From: a virus
Taxonomy: Duplodnaviria > Caudoviricetes
Strand: one strand, 5' to 3'
Length of the DNA: 64,000 nucleotides
Virus record (IMG/VR): IMGVR_UViG_3300028172_000069
The notes under the pieces are model-generated. The model was not told where the DNA came from. It worked only from the letters and a program-made list of their open reading frames with translations, and made no database searches. The first letter of the stretch is position 1, and every line of letters starts with the position of its first letter. The position numbers and the translations under genes were made by a program. Below, piece after piece: positions 63,458-64,000 of the stretch.

Positions 63458-64000
63458 TGAACAAGTTTACGCTGGATAGTTCGTACCATCCAGACCAGCC
63501 TGAGCACGTCAAGTCGCACGGGCACATCAGCTTTCAGGAAGACGTGAACGGTTACAATCTGTACCTGAGCCTGTGCGGTCGCCAGTCTGACGAAACCATG
63601 CCACGTGAAAGCCTCGTGGCGCTGCGCGATGCCATCAACGCTGAGCTGGGTGAAAACTCGTTTCAGGCCGAAGTTGGTGACTGGCTACTTCGTTGCTTCG
63701 GCAAGAAGATCGCCTTCGATGGGCAAGAGCGTAACCATCGCTTCCTCGAAGAGGCTTTGGAGCTTGTACAGGCCACAGGTTGCACCAAACAGGAAGCCAG
63801 CAATCTCGTTGACTATGTGTTCGGTCGCGACGTGGGTGAAGTCTCGCAGGAAGTCGGCGGCACCATGGTCACTCTCGCCGCGCTGTGCTACGCAATCGAC
63901 GTTGACCTGCAAGCTGCCATGATGACTGAACTGGCGCGCATCAACCTGCCAGAAGTCTTGGTACGCATTCGCGAGAAGCAGAAACTCAAGCCGAGCATGA
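63457..64000 (+). CDS. MazG-like all-alpha NTP pyrophosphohydrolase (3' truncated, not in ORF track)
   Basis: TAATG-coupled ATG 63457, open to the window end; ERNHRFLEEALELVQA...VGEVSQEVGGTMVTLAALC (EExxE...ExxD-like). Confidence 0.7.
   Translation, partial: MNKFTLDSSYHPDQPEHVKSHGHISFQEDVNGYNLYLSLCGRQSDETMPRESLVALRDAINAELGENSFQAEVGDWLLRCFGKKIAFDGQERNHRFLEEALELVQATGCTKQEASNLVDYVFGRDVGEVSQEVGGTMVTLAALCYAIDVDLQAAMMTELARINLPEVLVRIREKQKLKPSM

Noticed and set aside
63605-63922. 105-aa ORF-track call
   Set aside because: Out-of-frame shadow of the MazG-like ORF starting at 63457
1-64000. CRISPR array, tRNA/rRNA genes, integrase, transposase, reverse transcriptase
   Set aside because: No regularly spaced repeat-spacer run, no cloverleaf/T-loop motif in the short intergenic gaps, and no such catalytic motifs recognised

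Overview
64 kb of a large lytic-type, contractile-tailed (myovirus-like, probably jumbo) phage of Pseudomonas. About 120 tightly packed genes all lie on the + strand, and GC is roughly 58% (estimated by eye). The host is inferred from near-Pseudomonas copies of dcd and amrZ. 1-5354 is the end of a tail module: tape-measure-like C-terminus, tube-initiator-like protein, LysM/gp53-like wedge protein and hub-like protein. The rest is an accessory/early region of mostly small hypothetical genes. It includes nucleotide metabolism genes (dCTP deaminase, DHFR, Nudix, MazG-like, HD hydrolase, metallophosphoesterase), a DenV-like glycosylase, a GH108 endolysin, two GNATs, DksA/TraR and several DNA-binding proteins. 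Highlights: (1) a 117-119 bp promoter cassette in three copies, in which two inverted 22-23 bp boxes are symmetric about the -10 hexamer and a palindromic operator sits in the spacer (5 operator copies); (2) a candidate counter-defence set: a stand-alone CapW/BrxR-type wHTH without WYL, an Acb2-like sponge fused to an extra domain, a class-I-PDE-like HD protein, a SLOG protein, a Gp49/66-family protein and an AmrZ homolog; (3) mini-proteins that look like excised pieces of host enzymes (Pol I O-helix, AlaRS helical segment, primase Zn finger); (4) three tandem disulfide-motif membrane proteins; (5) a CGAAC-ATG motif at 12 ATGs. All family assignments come from recalled motifs, not database searches. 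No tRNA, CRISPR array, integrase or transposase was seen.
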